A stretch of DNA of 64,000 nucleotides from Actinomycetota bacterium (GCA_013178005.1 JABLXL010000005.1:1544-65543); one strand, 5' to 3'; numbered from the stretch's first letter, positions 20,306 to 29,469 are shown. Numbers and translations: made by a program. Notes: a model not told the origin generated them from the letters alone.

Positions 20306-20753
20306 GTTCCGGCGGCGCCCGCCGGCTCTCATATCCTTCTCCTCTCCATTTCCATAACCTGCCTGATGGCGGCACGGCGGGAAAGGCCCACCGTCACCTC
20401 CATACTCAATCCTACTTGCAATACTCTACTCCATTAGAGACGCAGGCGCCTCCCCGGTTCCGTTCCGCGCGTTTCACGTTTTAAGCGAATCTTCCCGCGC
20501 AAACCGCCTTTCTCCACGGAGCGCAGCCCTGTCTCCGGGGAGCCCAGAACTCCGAACCGCGGAAGGGGGATCGACTTTCCTTCGCGAGGGAGCCTGCTTT
20601 CCGATCCGCCATATACCACTTATGTTGCGCCTGCCGGCTCTTCGCCGTACGCTATCCTGCCCACCGCCACGCTGAGATTTTGCTTTTTCCCTCTCCCTCG
20701 GGCTCGATGTGGATGGCAGCGCTTTTCTTCTGCTAGAATAGCCCTGCGAACGT

Positions 20754-20828
20754 GGGGCCGTAGCTCAGCGGGAGAGCGCTGCCTTCGCACGGCAGAGGTC
20801 GTGGGTTCAAATCCCATCGGCTCCACCA
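20754..20828 (+). tRNA. tRNA-Ala (anticodon CGC), 3' CCA encoded
   Basis: Cloverleaf with a 7-bp acceptor stem containing the G3:U70 Ala identity pair. Anticodon loop TTCGCAC. T-loop GGTTCAAAT. Confidence 0.85.
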
Positions 20829-20836
20829 GCCTCTAT

Positions 20837-20862
20837 AGCCCTCCAGCGAGGGCTTTTTCTTC
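20837..20862 (+). terminator. hairpin plus T-tract directly downstream of tRNA-Ala
   Basis: AGCCCTC-CAGC-GAGGGCT followed by TTTTTCTT. Confidence 0.4.
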
Positions 20863-21320
20863 CGCCGTTGAGGCGCCTGCCAGCAGGCCCGGACCTCTCT
20901 TTCTTGGGACTAGGTGCCAGCGTGCGGGCTCGAGTGGGCTTCTCGTGGGCGGGAGGGGCCGTCCCATGAGAAGGGCGAACAAGCACGAAATCACGGCGCT
21001 CAACCGCGCCTGTGGTTGAGTTCATAAACCGCCAACGCCGCTGTCAGCCACGTGGGCGCGTGGGACCCCGGCAGGTCAAGCCCGAAACGGATCCGCCCGA
21101 AGATATCGGCTCTTCGCTCAGGAGCAAGGATGACACGCATTTTATCTGATTTTCGACGACATACATGCACTTCAACCACTAATTCCCTGGCAGCCTGCGA
21201 CAGGGTTGAAGTCCTCTGAAACCCAAGCATCATTAAGGAGCGCCGAGATTTTACCCTTGTTTGAGCGCGAGGAAAACGCGAGGCCTCCGCCGGGTCAGGG
21301 CCAAGACAAAAGGGGGGCCC

Positions 21321-22388
21321 TTAAAGCCTGCCGCGCTCCTTGAGCACGGTGACGCCAAGCTCGACCACGTCGGCGGCGGGCTCCCGCCATCCCTCGCGCT
21401 CCACCACCTCCAGGGCGCACGAGGGGCAATTCCTGACGCACAAGCCGCACCCAATGCAACGGGCGCCGTCCACGACGGCGATCCCGTCTTCCACACTCAC
21501 CGCCCTCACCTGGCATACGTCCACGCAGGACTCACAACCGTTGCACAGCTCCCCGTCGACCCGCACCGTGTAGCGCGACGCCGCCACCGCGCCGGACATG
21601 TTCAGCTTGGTAATAGTTCCCAGGAAGCCGCAGCAGCAGCCACAGCAGTTGCAGATGAAGTTAATCTTTTCCTGGATATTGTCGGTGATGTGAACCAGGC
21701 CCGCCTTTTCCGCCCGGTCCAGCGCGTCCAGCACCTCCTCGCTGTTAGCCCTCCTGGCGAAACCCCTCTCCACCAGGAACTCGGCGAAGGGTCCGAAGCA
21801 CATGCACACATCCTTGGGCGCGCCGCAAGACCTTCCCAGCAGCTCCGCCTCGTGGCGGCAGAAGCAGGTGGTGAGGGCCATGTAGGTGGAGTCCTTGATG
21901 AACTCGCTCACCTTCTCGTAGGGAAGAACCTGCTGCCCCCGGGGGATCTCCTCCTCCACCACCATCACCCGCGCCAAGGGGGTCTGCGACGACCAGCTCG
22001 TCTCTCCCCATCCCTCGTGGTAATAGGCATCAAAGAGCTCGGCTATCCTGCGCTTCTCGGGTGAGGTCTCGCCCTTCATGAACTGCATCTCGAAGATGCC
22101 CGGCACCAGTGGAAGCAGGCAGTAGTGCTTTGCTCCTCCCTTCTCGCGCGCCAGCACCAGTCCCTTGTCCGCCATGCGCTCAAGTGTCGCCTCCAGCTCC
22201 CCTTCCTCCCGCCCCAGGCGGGTGGCGATGGAGCGGAGGTCCTCGGGGGCGGAGGGCAGGTCGATGGCCAGCTTCGCCTCCTCCTCGTCGAAGATCAATC
22301 GCAGGATCCTGAGGAGGTTCTCAGAGGGCATGGCTCCTGCGGGAAACTCGTCCATGCGGCGCATGAGCAGACGGTACACTTCCTCCAT
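21321..22388 (-). CDS. Cys-rich 4Fe-4S dicluster-domain protein (CNCCGCCCG motif); paralog of 999..1868
   Basis: Two CxxCxxCxxxCP ferredoxin motifs (CNGCESCVDVC, CIGCGLCVRNCP) and the conserved block EKAGLVHI...FICNCCGCCCG shared with the 999..1868 protein. Confidence 0.6.
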   Translation of the reverse strand: MEEVYRLLMRRMDEFPAGAMPSENLLRILRLIFDEEEAKLAIDLPSAPEDLRSIATRLGREEGELEATLERMADKGLVLAREKGGAKHYCLLPLVPGIFEMQFMKGETSPEKRRIAELFDAYYHEGWGETSWSSQTPLARVMVVEEEIPRGQQVLPYEKVSEFIKDSTYMALTTCFCRHEAELLGRSCGAPKDVCMCFGPFAEFLVERGFARRANSEEVLDALDRAEKAGLVHITDNIQEKINFICNCCGCCCGFLGTITKLNMSGAVAASRYTVRVDGELCNGCESCVDVCQVRAVSVEDGIAVVDGARCIGCGLCVRNCPSCALEVVEREGWREPAADVVELGVTVLKERGRL

Positions 22389-22544
22389 CTCTCCCTCCCT
22401 GCTCTAAAGCAAGCCGACAAGCCGTCCGATTTCTTAACTGGCTGCATGATACCATATGTCGCCCGGGGCGCGTTTTGATTTCAGCCCGCGAGCGGCTATC
22501 ATATAACGGAAGGCCGGGGGTTAGGCAAGAGGGACGCTGGCACG

Positions 22545-22859
22545 ATGGTGGATTTCCTGGAGGAACTCAACGCCTACTACGAGAGGAACCGGGGCAAGCG
22601 CATCAAGCAGGAGTTCCGGGACGTCCTTTCCAGGGACGTGGACGACCTCTCTGGATCCCAGAAGCACATCTACGAGATCTACATCGAGCCCAACCTGACC
22701 CAGCTGCAGGACACCCTCTACGAGGTGTTCAAGGAAGCGAACCAACCCCTGGAGGAGTGGCGGGCGGCCATTCTGGAAAATCCCCCCAGCATCATCAACA
22801 ACATCGCCAAGAAGACCGTCATACGGGCTATCCGTGATATGGACACCGGGGAGCTTTGA
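22545..22859 (+). CDS. small hypothetical protein
   Basis: GC3-rich 104-aa ORF with no recognisable motif. Divergent from the Fe-S gene. Confidence 0.35.
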   Translation: MVDFLEELNAYYERNRGKRIKQEFRDVLSRDVDDLSGSQKHIYEIYIEPNLTQLQDTLYEVFKEANQPLEEWRAAILENPPSIINNIAKKTVIRAIRDMDTGEL

Positions 22860-22908
22860 GCCGGAGAGCGGGCCTTTTGTATGGCCGCGTAAGGAGAGGG
22901 GAACGGAA

Positions 22909-23232
22909 ATGAGGCGCTTCATGATCATTCTCGTCGCGCTGTCCCTGGGAGCGCTGCTCGTGGCGGGTTGCGGCGGTGGAGGGGAAACGGCCGCCCCGGA
23001 GGAAAACGCGACGACCAGTGGGCCCATCGGCCAGTCGGAAGCCACCGCCTGCGCCGCCAATCGCAACGCCATCTCCAGGGCCGTCCAGCAGTACCAGGGT
23101 ATGGAGGGCGTACCGCCTTCTTCCATCCAGCAGCTCGTGCCGGGGTATCTTCAGAGCGTGCCCGCCTGCCCCTCAGGTGGGACATATACCCTGCGGGGCA
23201 CTACGGTGACCTGTTCGGTGCACGGGTCGTGA
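22909..23232 (+). CDS. small hypothetical lipoprotein
   Basis: Signal peptide with lipobox LVAGC, preceded by a GGAGAGGGG RBS. Cys-containing C-terminus. Confidence 0.4.
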   Translation: MRRFMIILVALSLGALLVAGCGGGGETAAPEENATTSGPIGQSEATACAANRNAISRAVQQYQGMEGVPPSSIQQLVPGYLQSVPACPSGGTYTLRGTTVTCSVHGS

Positions 23233-23682
23233 ACTCGGTTCAGCCGCTTCCACGGCATGGGTGACCGCGCAGGTAGTAGGTTAGCGCGGCGGTGTCCCGA
23301 CATCACGACGGAACGTAGATAGGCCTTGGGCCGCGCCGGAGAAAGCGCGCCTCCCTCGGCATGCCAGATCTTGAAGCCTCCCGGCCTCTTTTGAACGGTA
23401 GATTTCACTCCCTCGAAGTGTTATCGAGCGGAACGCTTTTCCACCCGCTCCATCCGACGCCCGGTGCGACCTACCGCAAAGCAGCGAGCCCCCTTCCCGG
23501 ACTCCTCCGCCTCGGCCAAGTCCTCGGCGGTGGGCGCCAGGTTGACGCGCAGTGGCTACTCCTCCACCCTGAACCCAGGGCGCTTCGGCCATTAGGGCTC
23601 CTCAAGAGGATCGGGACAATGAGGCCGCGGGACACCCGGATTCATTTGCCGTCCCGCGGCCCACTGTTACCGTAATGCGGCG

Positions 23683-24867
23683 TTACAGGGAGAGCGCCAG
23701 CCGCCTCCCGAACTCCTCCGCCTCGGCCAGGTCCTCGGCGGTAGGCACCAGGTTGACGCGCAGGGGCTCCTCCTCCACCCTGAACTTGAGGCCCTTAAGC
23801 CGCTCGGCTATGAGCTTGGGGGCCTCGCCGCTCCAGCCGTAGGAGCCGAAGGAAGCGCCCACCTTCCCCCTGAGGTTCAGGGTGGCGAGGTGGGAGAGCA
23901 GGTACCACACCGGCTCCACCGCGTCCCCGTTGATGGTGGCGGATCCGACCGCGATGCCGTCCGCCGCCTCGATGCGGTCTATCATCAACCCCAGCTCGGT
24001 GGCCGTGATGTCCATGACCGCCACCCGCGCGCCCCCGGAGCGCGCCCCTTCGGCGATCTTTTCCGCCAGGGCGGCGGTGTTGCCGTAGGCGCTGGCGTAG
24101 AAGACCAGCAGGCTCTTCTCCCCCGTCGGCTCCGGCACCGAGCTCCAGGCGCGGTACTTCTCCACGCAGGCCCAGGGGTCCTTGCGCAGCACCGGGCCGT
24201 GGCTGGTGGCGACGACCTTTATGTCCAGGTCCTTTATCTTGTCGATGGCCTCCAGCACGTACTTCTTGAAGGGCCGGAAAATGACCATGTAGTAGTACTC
24301 GAAGGCGTGGGAGTAATCGTTCACCAGGTCGTCGAAGATGCGGTCGTCGCAGTAATGCGCCCCCAGGAAGTCACAGGTGAAGAGAACGCCGTCTTTCCGG
24401 TAATAGGTGAACATGGTATCCGGCCAGTGCAAAAACGGCGCGTGGACGAAGCGCAGCTCCGCCCCTCCCCCGAGGTCTAGGGTGTCCCCGTCCTGGACCA
24501 ACAGGGGGTCCACGTCGCGGTTGAGGATGTTCTTCACGAAGTTCCTGCATTGCCGGTCGCAAACCACCCTGGCGTTGGGCGCGTCCTCGAGAAAGCGCGC
24601 CAGTGAGCCGGAATGGTCCGGCTCGGTGTGGTTGACGACGACGTAGGAGATGTCTTTCAAGTCGACCAGGGAACTTATGTTCTCCAGGAAGTCTTCGTAG
24701 AACGGAGCCTTGACCGTATCGACCACGGCGATCTTGTCCCCGCCGGTGATAAGGTAGGCGTTGTAGGTGGTGCCGTGGTCAGCCTTCATAATGATGTCGA
24801 ATACCCGTAGCTGGGGGTCAAGGGCCCCCACCCAGTGAACCCCCTCGCTGATCCTCACCGGCAGCAT
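23683..24867 (-). CDS. A-type flavodiiron protein (FprA / rubredoxin:oxygen oxidoreductase family)
   Basis: Metallo-beta-lactamase-like diiron site (HTEPDHSG) plus a C-terminal flavodoxin domain (LLVFYASAYGNT). Confidence 0.85.
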   Translation of the reverse strand: MLPVRISEGVHWVGALDPQLRVFDIIMKADHGTTYNAYLITGGDKIAVVDTVKAPFYEDFLENISSLVDLKDISYVVVNHTEPDHSGSLARFLEDAPNARVVCDRQCRNFVKNILNRDVDPLLVQDGDTLDLGGGAELRFVHAPFLHWPDTMFTYYRKDGVLFTCDFLGAHYCDDRIFDDLVNDYSHAFEYYYMVIFRPFKKYVLEAIDKIKDLDIKVVATSHGPVLRKDPWACVEKYRAWSSVPEPTGEKSLLVFYASAYGNTAALAEKIAEGARSGGARVAVMDITATELGLMIDRIEAADGIAVGSATINGDAVEPVWYLLSHLATLNLRGKVGASFGSYGWSGEAPKLIAERLKGLKFRVEEEPLRVNLVPTAEDLAEAEEFGRRLALSL

Positions 24868-24918
24868 GCCGTACCTCCCGTCTGTTCTATTCTCCGCCTT
24901 GCCTCGCGCCGGCGCCGT

Positions 24919-25077
24919 CTAAACCTTCTCGAACATGTCCTTGTCGGCGCCGCACTGCGGGCATACCCAGTCGTCCGGCAGGTCCTCGAAGGCGGTGCCC
25001 GGAGCTATTCCGGCGTCGGGGTCTCCCTTCTCGGGGTCATAGACGTATCCGCAGATGGTGCACTCGTACTTGTCCAT
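24919..25077 (-). CDS. rubredoxin
   Basis: 52 aa with two CxxCG knuckles (CTICGY, CPQCGA) and the conserved YxxW/DLPDDW motif. Confidence 0.85.
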   Translation of the reverse strand: MDKYECTICGYVYDPEKGDPDAGIAPGTAFEDLPDDWVCPQCGADKDMFEKV

Positions 25078-25405
25078 GCTCTTCCTCCTCTTTCGCTTTC
25101 CGGCGGTAACCGAACCAAAACGACGGTTTTCTATAATATACCCGCGAGGAGAGGAATATATCGTGATATATATACTTTGACATATGGCTCGACGCGCAGC
25201 CCGCGATGCGAGCGACCGCGTGGCCTTCCCGCCGGCATGGTCGGCGGGAGGACCAGCGACACGAGGCTTTGGCGAGCGCATGGCGGCACCGGCCTGGCGC
25301 GACTATGGGAGCTTTGGCGCCGGGCGGAGGCCAGCTTCCGAAACCGGGGCCGACAACCGGGAGCCGGGACGGTTTGCGACACGAAGTAAGGGAGACGTTG
25401 AAGCG

Positions 25406-26422
25406 ATGGGAGACGTGAAAAGCGTGGCGTGGTTCTGCGCCTACACTCCCCTGGAGATCCTGGACGCCGCGGGGCTCGCGCCCGTGCGCCGGTTCGGCGA
25501 CCCCGCGAGCCTGGAGGCCGCCGACGCCGTCCTGCACCAGGCCATCTGCCCTTACGTCCGCGCCTGCCTGGCGGCGGCCATGGACGGAAGCGCGCCGACG
25601 CCAGGGGATAACCATCACCATGCCGTCTTCGTCAATTCCTGCGACGGCATGCGCCGGCTGCACGACGCCTGGCAAGCGCGCTTCCCGAAGGACTTCGTCT
25701 TCCTCATGGACCTGCCGCGCAACGAGGATTCCGCGGGAGAACGCCTCCTGGCGGGGGAATTCGTCCGCCTGGCCGAGGCCCTGGAGGCCTTCACGGGAAG
25801 CGCCATTGGAGCGCACGCCCTGCTGGAAGCCGCGCGCGGGCGAGAGGAGCGGCGCCTCGCCTACCTGGAAAGCTCTCGCGGCCTGTCCGGTGCGGGGCGC
25901 CTGCGCCTTGCCATGGCTTTCCAGTCCTCGCCCGCCACAGAAAAGCCGGTGCCGGGAACGGGGGTGGCGCGGGCAGGCGGCGTGCCCGTGCTCCTCACCG
26001 GGAATCTCCTCAACCCGGAGGGCCTGGTATCGGTGCTGGAGGAAGCGGGCGCCGCGGTGGTGCGCGTGGACCTGTGCAACGGCGACCGCGCCTTCTCCTC
26101 CCCCATCCTGGCCACGGGGGACGGCCTCGAGGAGGTATGCCTCTCGCTTGCCCGGGGATACCTAGATCGCAGGCCTTGCGCGCGCATGACGGACGCGCGC
26201 CGGCGCCTGGACCTGCTGGTGGAGGAGGTGCGGGAGACGGGGGCGCGAGGGATCATCTACGCCGGCCTGAAGTTCTGCGACTCCTACCTTTACGATTTTC
26301 CCCGCGTGCAGAGGAGGCTACGGGAGGAAGGCGTCCCACTGTTGCGCCTGGAGAGCGACTACGCCGACGGACACGTGGGCCAGCTCCTCACCCGCGTGGA
26401 GGCTTTCCTGGAGATGATATGA
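25406..26422 (+). CDS. 2-hydroxyacyl-CoA dehydratase / benzoyl-CoA-reductase BcrBC-family subunit (HGD-D family), smaller subunit
   Basis: HGD-D family cysteine pattern (FCAYTPLE..., C..C clusters). ATG with an AAGGGAG RBS. Co-directional with the next subunit. Confidence 0.65.
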   Translation: MGDVKSVAWFCAYTPLEILDAAGLAPVRRFGDPASLEAADAVLHQAICPYVRACLAAAMDGSAPTPGDNHHHAVFVNSCDGMRRLHDAWQARFPKDFVFLMDLPRNEDSAGERLLAGEFVRLAEALEAFTGSAIGAHALLEAARGREERRLAYLESSRGLSGAGRLRLAMAFQSSPATEKPVPGTGVARAGGVPVLLTGNLLNPEGLVSVLEEAGAAVVRVDLCNGDRAFSSPILATGDGLEEVCLSLARGYLDRRPCARMTDARRRLDLLVEEVRETGARGIIYAGLKFCDSYLYDFPRVQRRLREEGVPLLRLESDYADGHVGQLLTRVEAFLEMI

Positions 26423-26662
26423 GCAGGGCGATGGGGAGTATGTCGCGGAGCGGGAGGATAAGATGGGACTGGTCGAGGACGTAAGGGACCGCTACGTAGG
26501 CAGTATCTCAGCCGCCAATTTGAATCACACGGCTTAATCAAGGGTGACTCTAGAGGACGTGGGTATTGGGGAGAAGAGAAGTGGAAGAGGGCAAGTCTCG
26601 GTCTTTCCTTGAGATGATATGAGCAGGGCGATGGGGAGTATGTCGCGGAGCGGGAGGATAAG

Positions 26663-27919
26663 ATGGGACTGGTCGAGGACGTAAGGGACCGCTACATAGA
26701 GAAGCTGTCGCCCGGCACCTTCCGATCCCGCGTGTTCTGGAAAACTGTGGAAACCCTCGCGCGCTCGCCCCTCAACCGCCCGCAGTGGAAAGCCGACCGC
26801 GTCTCGCTCTCCTACTTCATACGCGCCACGCGCGACGCCTACCTGCGGCGCGCGCCGGTGGTGTGGAGCAACCTACTGGTCCCCAGCGAGCTCATCCTGG
26901 GCTCGGGATGCATCCCCTTCTACCCCGAGATGGCCGCGGCGGTGGTGGCCTCGGCGGGGCTCGCGCCGCGCTTCATCGACCGCGCCGGCGAGGAAGGATT
27001 TTCCTCCGACGCCTGTTCCTACCACCGCTGCGTGCTGGGATGCGCCCTGGATGGTTTCCTGCCCGAGCCGGACCTCCTGCTCACCGTCAATTACCCCTGC
27101 GATTCCGCCCCCCTTTCCTTCTCCTTCGCCTCCGATCTCTACGGCGCGCCTCACCGCGTCCTCGACGTTCCCCTCCACGAGGACCGCGAGTCCCTGGGCG
27201 TCCTGGCGGAGCAGATGGAGGAGGCGGCGGCTTTCATGCTCTCCCTCTCCGGCCTAACGGCGGAGGAGGGCGGTGATAAGCTGCGGGAGGCCCTCGGCTT
27301 CTCCAACCTCGCGTTGCGCCACATGCGGCGGGTGGAGGAGCTCCGCAAGCGCGACGACTGCACCCTAGACGGCAAGGACGCCATGGGAGGGATCAGCGTG
27401 CTTGCGGGGAGCATGGGCTCGCGCGAGGGGGCGGAGTACTACCGCCTGCTGGCCGACGAGCTCGAGGAGAGGGGTTGCGCGGGCGGCGGAGCGATCCGCC
27501 TCATGTGGATGCACCTCAAGCCTTGGTACGCCCAGGGCATCTTCGACGCCCTGGAGCGCCATGGAGCCCGCCTGGTCTGCGAGGAATACACCCACGCCAC
27601 GTGGGAGGAGCTGAACGCAGCGGAGCCCTACGCGTCCCTTGCCCAAAAAGTGGCGGGGCATTTCCTGGTGGGGCCGGCGGAGAGGCGGGCGCGCCATCTC
27701 GCCCGCCTGGCACAGGACTACCGCGTGGACGGGGCCATCCATTACAACCACTGGGGCTGCCGGCAGAGCTGCGGGGGAGCCATGCTGGTCAAGGAGGCCC
27801 TGCAGGGGATCGGGGTTCCGGTGCTGACCATCGACGGCGACTGCGTGGACGAGCGCGAGTACCAGGAGGGACAGCTCTCCACCCGCCTGGAGGCCTTCCT
27901 GGAATCCCTCAAGGCCTAG
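26663..27919 (+). CDS. 2-hydroxyacyl-CoA dehydratase-family subunit (HGD-D family), larger subunit
   Basis: HGD-D family similarity throughout (YHRCVLGC..., IHYNHWGCRQ). No activator (HgdC-like ATPase) is present in the window. Confidence 0.65.
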   Translation: MGLVEDVRDRYIEKLSPGTFRSRVFWKTVETLARSPLNRPQWKADRVSLSYFIRATRDAYLRRAPVVWSNLLVPSELILGSGCIPFYPEMAAAVVASAGLAPRFIDRAGEEGFSSDACSYHRCVLGCALDGFLPEPDLLLTVNYPCDSAPLSFSFASDLYGAPHRVLDVPLHEDRESLGVLAEQMEEAAAFMLSLSGLTAEEGGDKLREALGFSNLALRHMRRVEELRKRDDCTLDGKDAMGGISVLAGSMGSREGAEYYRLLADELEERGCAGGGAIRLMWMHLKPWYAQGIFDALERHGARLVCEEYTHATWEELNAAEPYASLAQKVAGHFLVGPAERRARHLARLAQDYRVDGAIHYNHWGCRQSCGGAMLVKEALQGIGVPVLTIDGDCVDEREYQEGQLSTRLEAFLESLKA

Positions 27920-28061
27920 GGGTCAAGGCTGGCCATCGGCCTAAGGTAGTCCTAGGCCTAGGGGTCAAGGCTGGCCATCGGCCTAAGGTATACATCCTTT
28001 GCTTTTTAGGCCTAGGGGTCAATTAGGCCTAGGGGTCAAGGCTGGCCATCGGCCTAAGGTA
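27913..28061. repeat. three tandem REP-like palindromic repeats (AGGCCTAGGGGTCAAGGCTGGCCATCGGCCTAAGGTA)
   Basis: Three near-identical roughly 37-bp units with irregular spacers (5 and about 34 bp). They overlap the hgdA-like stop and the transposase stop. Confidence 0.8.
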
Positions 28062-29070
28062 TACATCCTTTGCTTTTAAGAATCTGCAGAACGCCCGCCT
28101 CGTCGGCAAGCAGCCTTGCCCGCATCCCCTTATCCTCATCTAAGCACTTGTTGAATCTCAAGTAGCGATGTGAGGCAGCGTTTTCCTTAATCCCGCCTAT
28201 CACCTTTGCGATATCGTCGAAAGAGGTGAGAGTATATTCCCTAGCCATATGGATAAGTAAATTACATGCATAACGATATCTCTTGTCTGCCCGATAGCTC
28301 CCATGCTCCAGGCTGTCTATCCCGAGATGCTCGCAAATAGCTTCTAGAACCTCGTCGAGGGAGGGGATCCTCGTCAATTCTTTATGCCCAATCAAACCCT
28401 TAGACCATTTTTCTTGCCTTATGCTTGCTTTGATTCGCCTGAGAAATGCATCGCTGCCCAGAAGCGCCTGTGCAACGACTTTGTGATCAGAAGGATAATT
28501 ATTTTCCTCTCCTAAGGCATTCTCGACAAAAGCCTGATATTCCCTGCCAGCTGGCTCGCTGCCACAGCCAAAATACTCCTCCAGCCATGATGAATCGAAC
28601 CAGCCCCCAGCGGTTCCATTGATGCAATCGCGATAGTTTGACCAGTTATAATCCTCAGGCCGTTCGACCACGCCCGCCTCCACAGGGTTTAGGTGGATAT
28701 AGCGGTTGACGATGAGGAAATACTCCTCTTCGTCTATGCGGATCGCCTTGTACCTGCCGGCAAACACATGTCCCACCCAACCGCCCCTGACAAGGAAGTT
28801 CGCATACGACGAGCCGAGAAAATGCATAAATTCGTGCAGGTTCTCAATGGTGATACGTAGCGAGAGGTGATAGTGATTATCCATGATGCAGAACGCGAAG
28901 ATGTCGATCATGTATTTTTGCGCTCCTCTGCACAGGAGATCGAGGAAATATTTCTTGTGGCTCTCCCCTGTCAGGATATCAAGCTTGAGGTTTCCGCGGG
29001 AGAACACATGAAACACTGCTCCCTTTTCCTGAATTCTTAATGTTCTAGTCATGACCATTATTATAACCAT
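28054..29070 (-). CDS. IS200/RAYT-like HUH tyrosine (Y1) transposase with a C-terminal extension
   Basis: HuH motif HYHLSL and catalytic-Tyr region (AGRYKA). Low GC relative to its surroundings. Confidence 0.7.
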   Translation of the reverse strand: MVIIMVMTRTLRIQEKGAVFHVFSRGNLKLDILTGESHKKYFLDLLCRGAQKYMIDIFAFCIMDNHYHLSLRITIENLHEFMHFLGSSYANFLVRGGWVGHVFAGRYKAIRIDEEEYFLIVNRYIHLNPVEAGVVERPEDYNWSNYRDCINGTAGGWFDSSWLEEYFGCGSEPAGREYQAFVENALGEENNYPSDHKVVAQALLGSDAFLRRIKASIRQEKWSKGLIGHKELTRIPSLDEVLEAICEHLGIDSLEHGSYRADKRYRYACNLLIHMAREYTLTSFDDIAKVIGGIKENAASHRYLRFNKCLDEDKGMRARLLADEAGVLQILKSKGCIP

Positions 29071-29328
29071 GTTATGTATGTTGTAAATATGTATTGTATT
29101 TGATTATCTTTGATGTGAGGCTTGTAAGTCTCTCTTCCAGCACTTTCCGCTTCTATGAGGCTCTATACTTCGCTTCGTTAAATGAACCTCATGAATGAGC
29201 TTTTCTTGGAATCCGGCGGGTCCCTCCGGCTAGAACGATTCCTAATTCTAATTTAGTCTGTCACTCACCTGCTCAACGCCCTGAAAAGCATTCTATAGCG
29301 GCTTCTAATGTCCGATAGCCCTGGCCCC

Positions 29329-29362
29329 TTGGCCTTAGGCCGATGGCCAGCCTTGACCCCCA
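29329..29362. repeat. REP-like repeat in inverted orientation (right boundary of the transposase unit)
   Basis: CCTTAGGCCGATGGCCAGCCTTGACCCC is the reverse complement of the 27913-28061 units. Confidence 0.8.
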
Positions 29363-29469
29363 GGCCAGTCCCCCAGGCTACCAGGCCTTAATGCATGGGG
29401 CGGTGGGAGACGGTAAAATGAGATAGCTGTTCTGGTCACGCTTCGGTTCTCGCCCGGGAGGTGTTCGAG

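Larger units (their letters stand above)
27913..29362. mobile_element. IS200/IS605-like (RAYT-type) unit: low-GC Y1 transposase gene bounded by inverted REP-like repeats
   Basis: Inverted copies of GGGGTCAAGGCTGGCCATCGGCCTAAGG at 27913-28061 and 29329-29362 bracket a markedly AT-rich segment containing an HUH-Y1 transposase. Confidence 0.65.

Noticed and set aside
20620-20826. 68-aa minus-strand ORF overlapping tRNA-Ala
   Set aside because: Overlaps a confidently folded tRNA, and there is no RBS. Spurious.
26497-26607. The insert between the duplicated dehydratase junctions as cloning-vector contamination (it contains GACTCTAGAGGA, reminiscent of a pUC polylinker)
   Set aside because: Only a 12-nt match. 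The flanking insert sequence does not resemble a polylinker. This is insufficient to call contamination, so it is kept as an open question in the findings.
27913-28061. Three evenly sized ~37-bp repeats that could be mistaken for a small CRISPR array
   Set aside because: Only three units with irregular spacers (5 and ~34 bp). The units are palindromic. The same sequence recurs inverted at 29329 and dispersed at 33281-33425, next to a Y1/RAYT transposase. This is REP/BIME-like, not CRISPR, and no cas genes are present.
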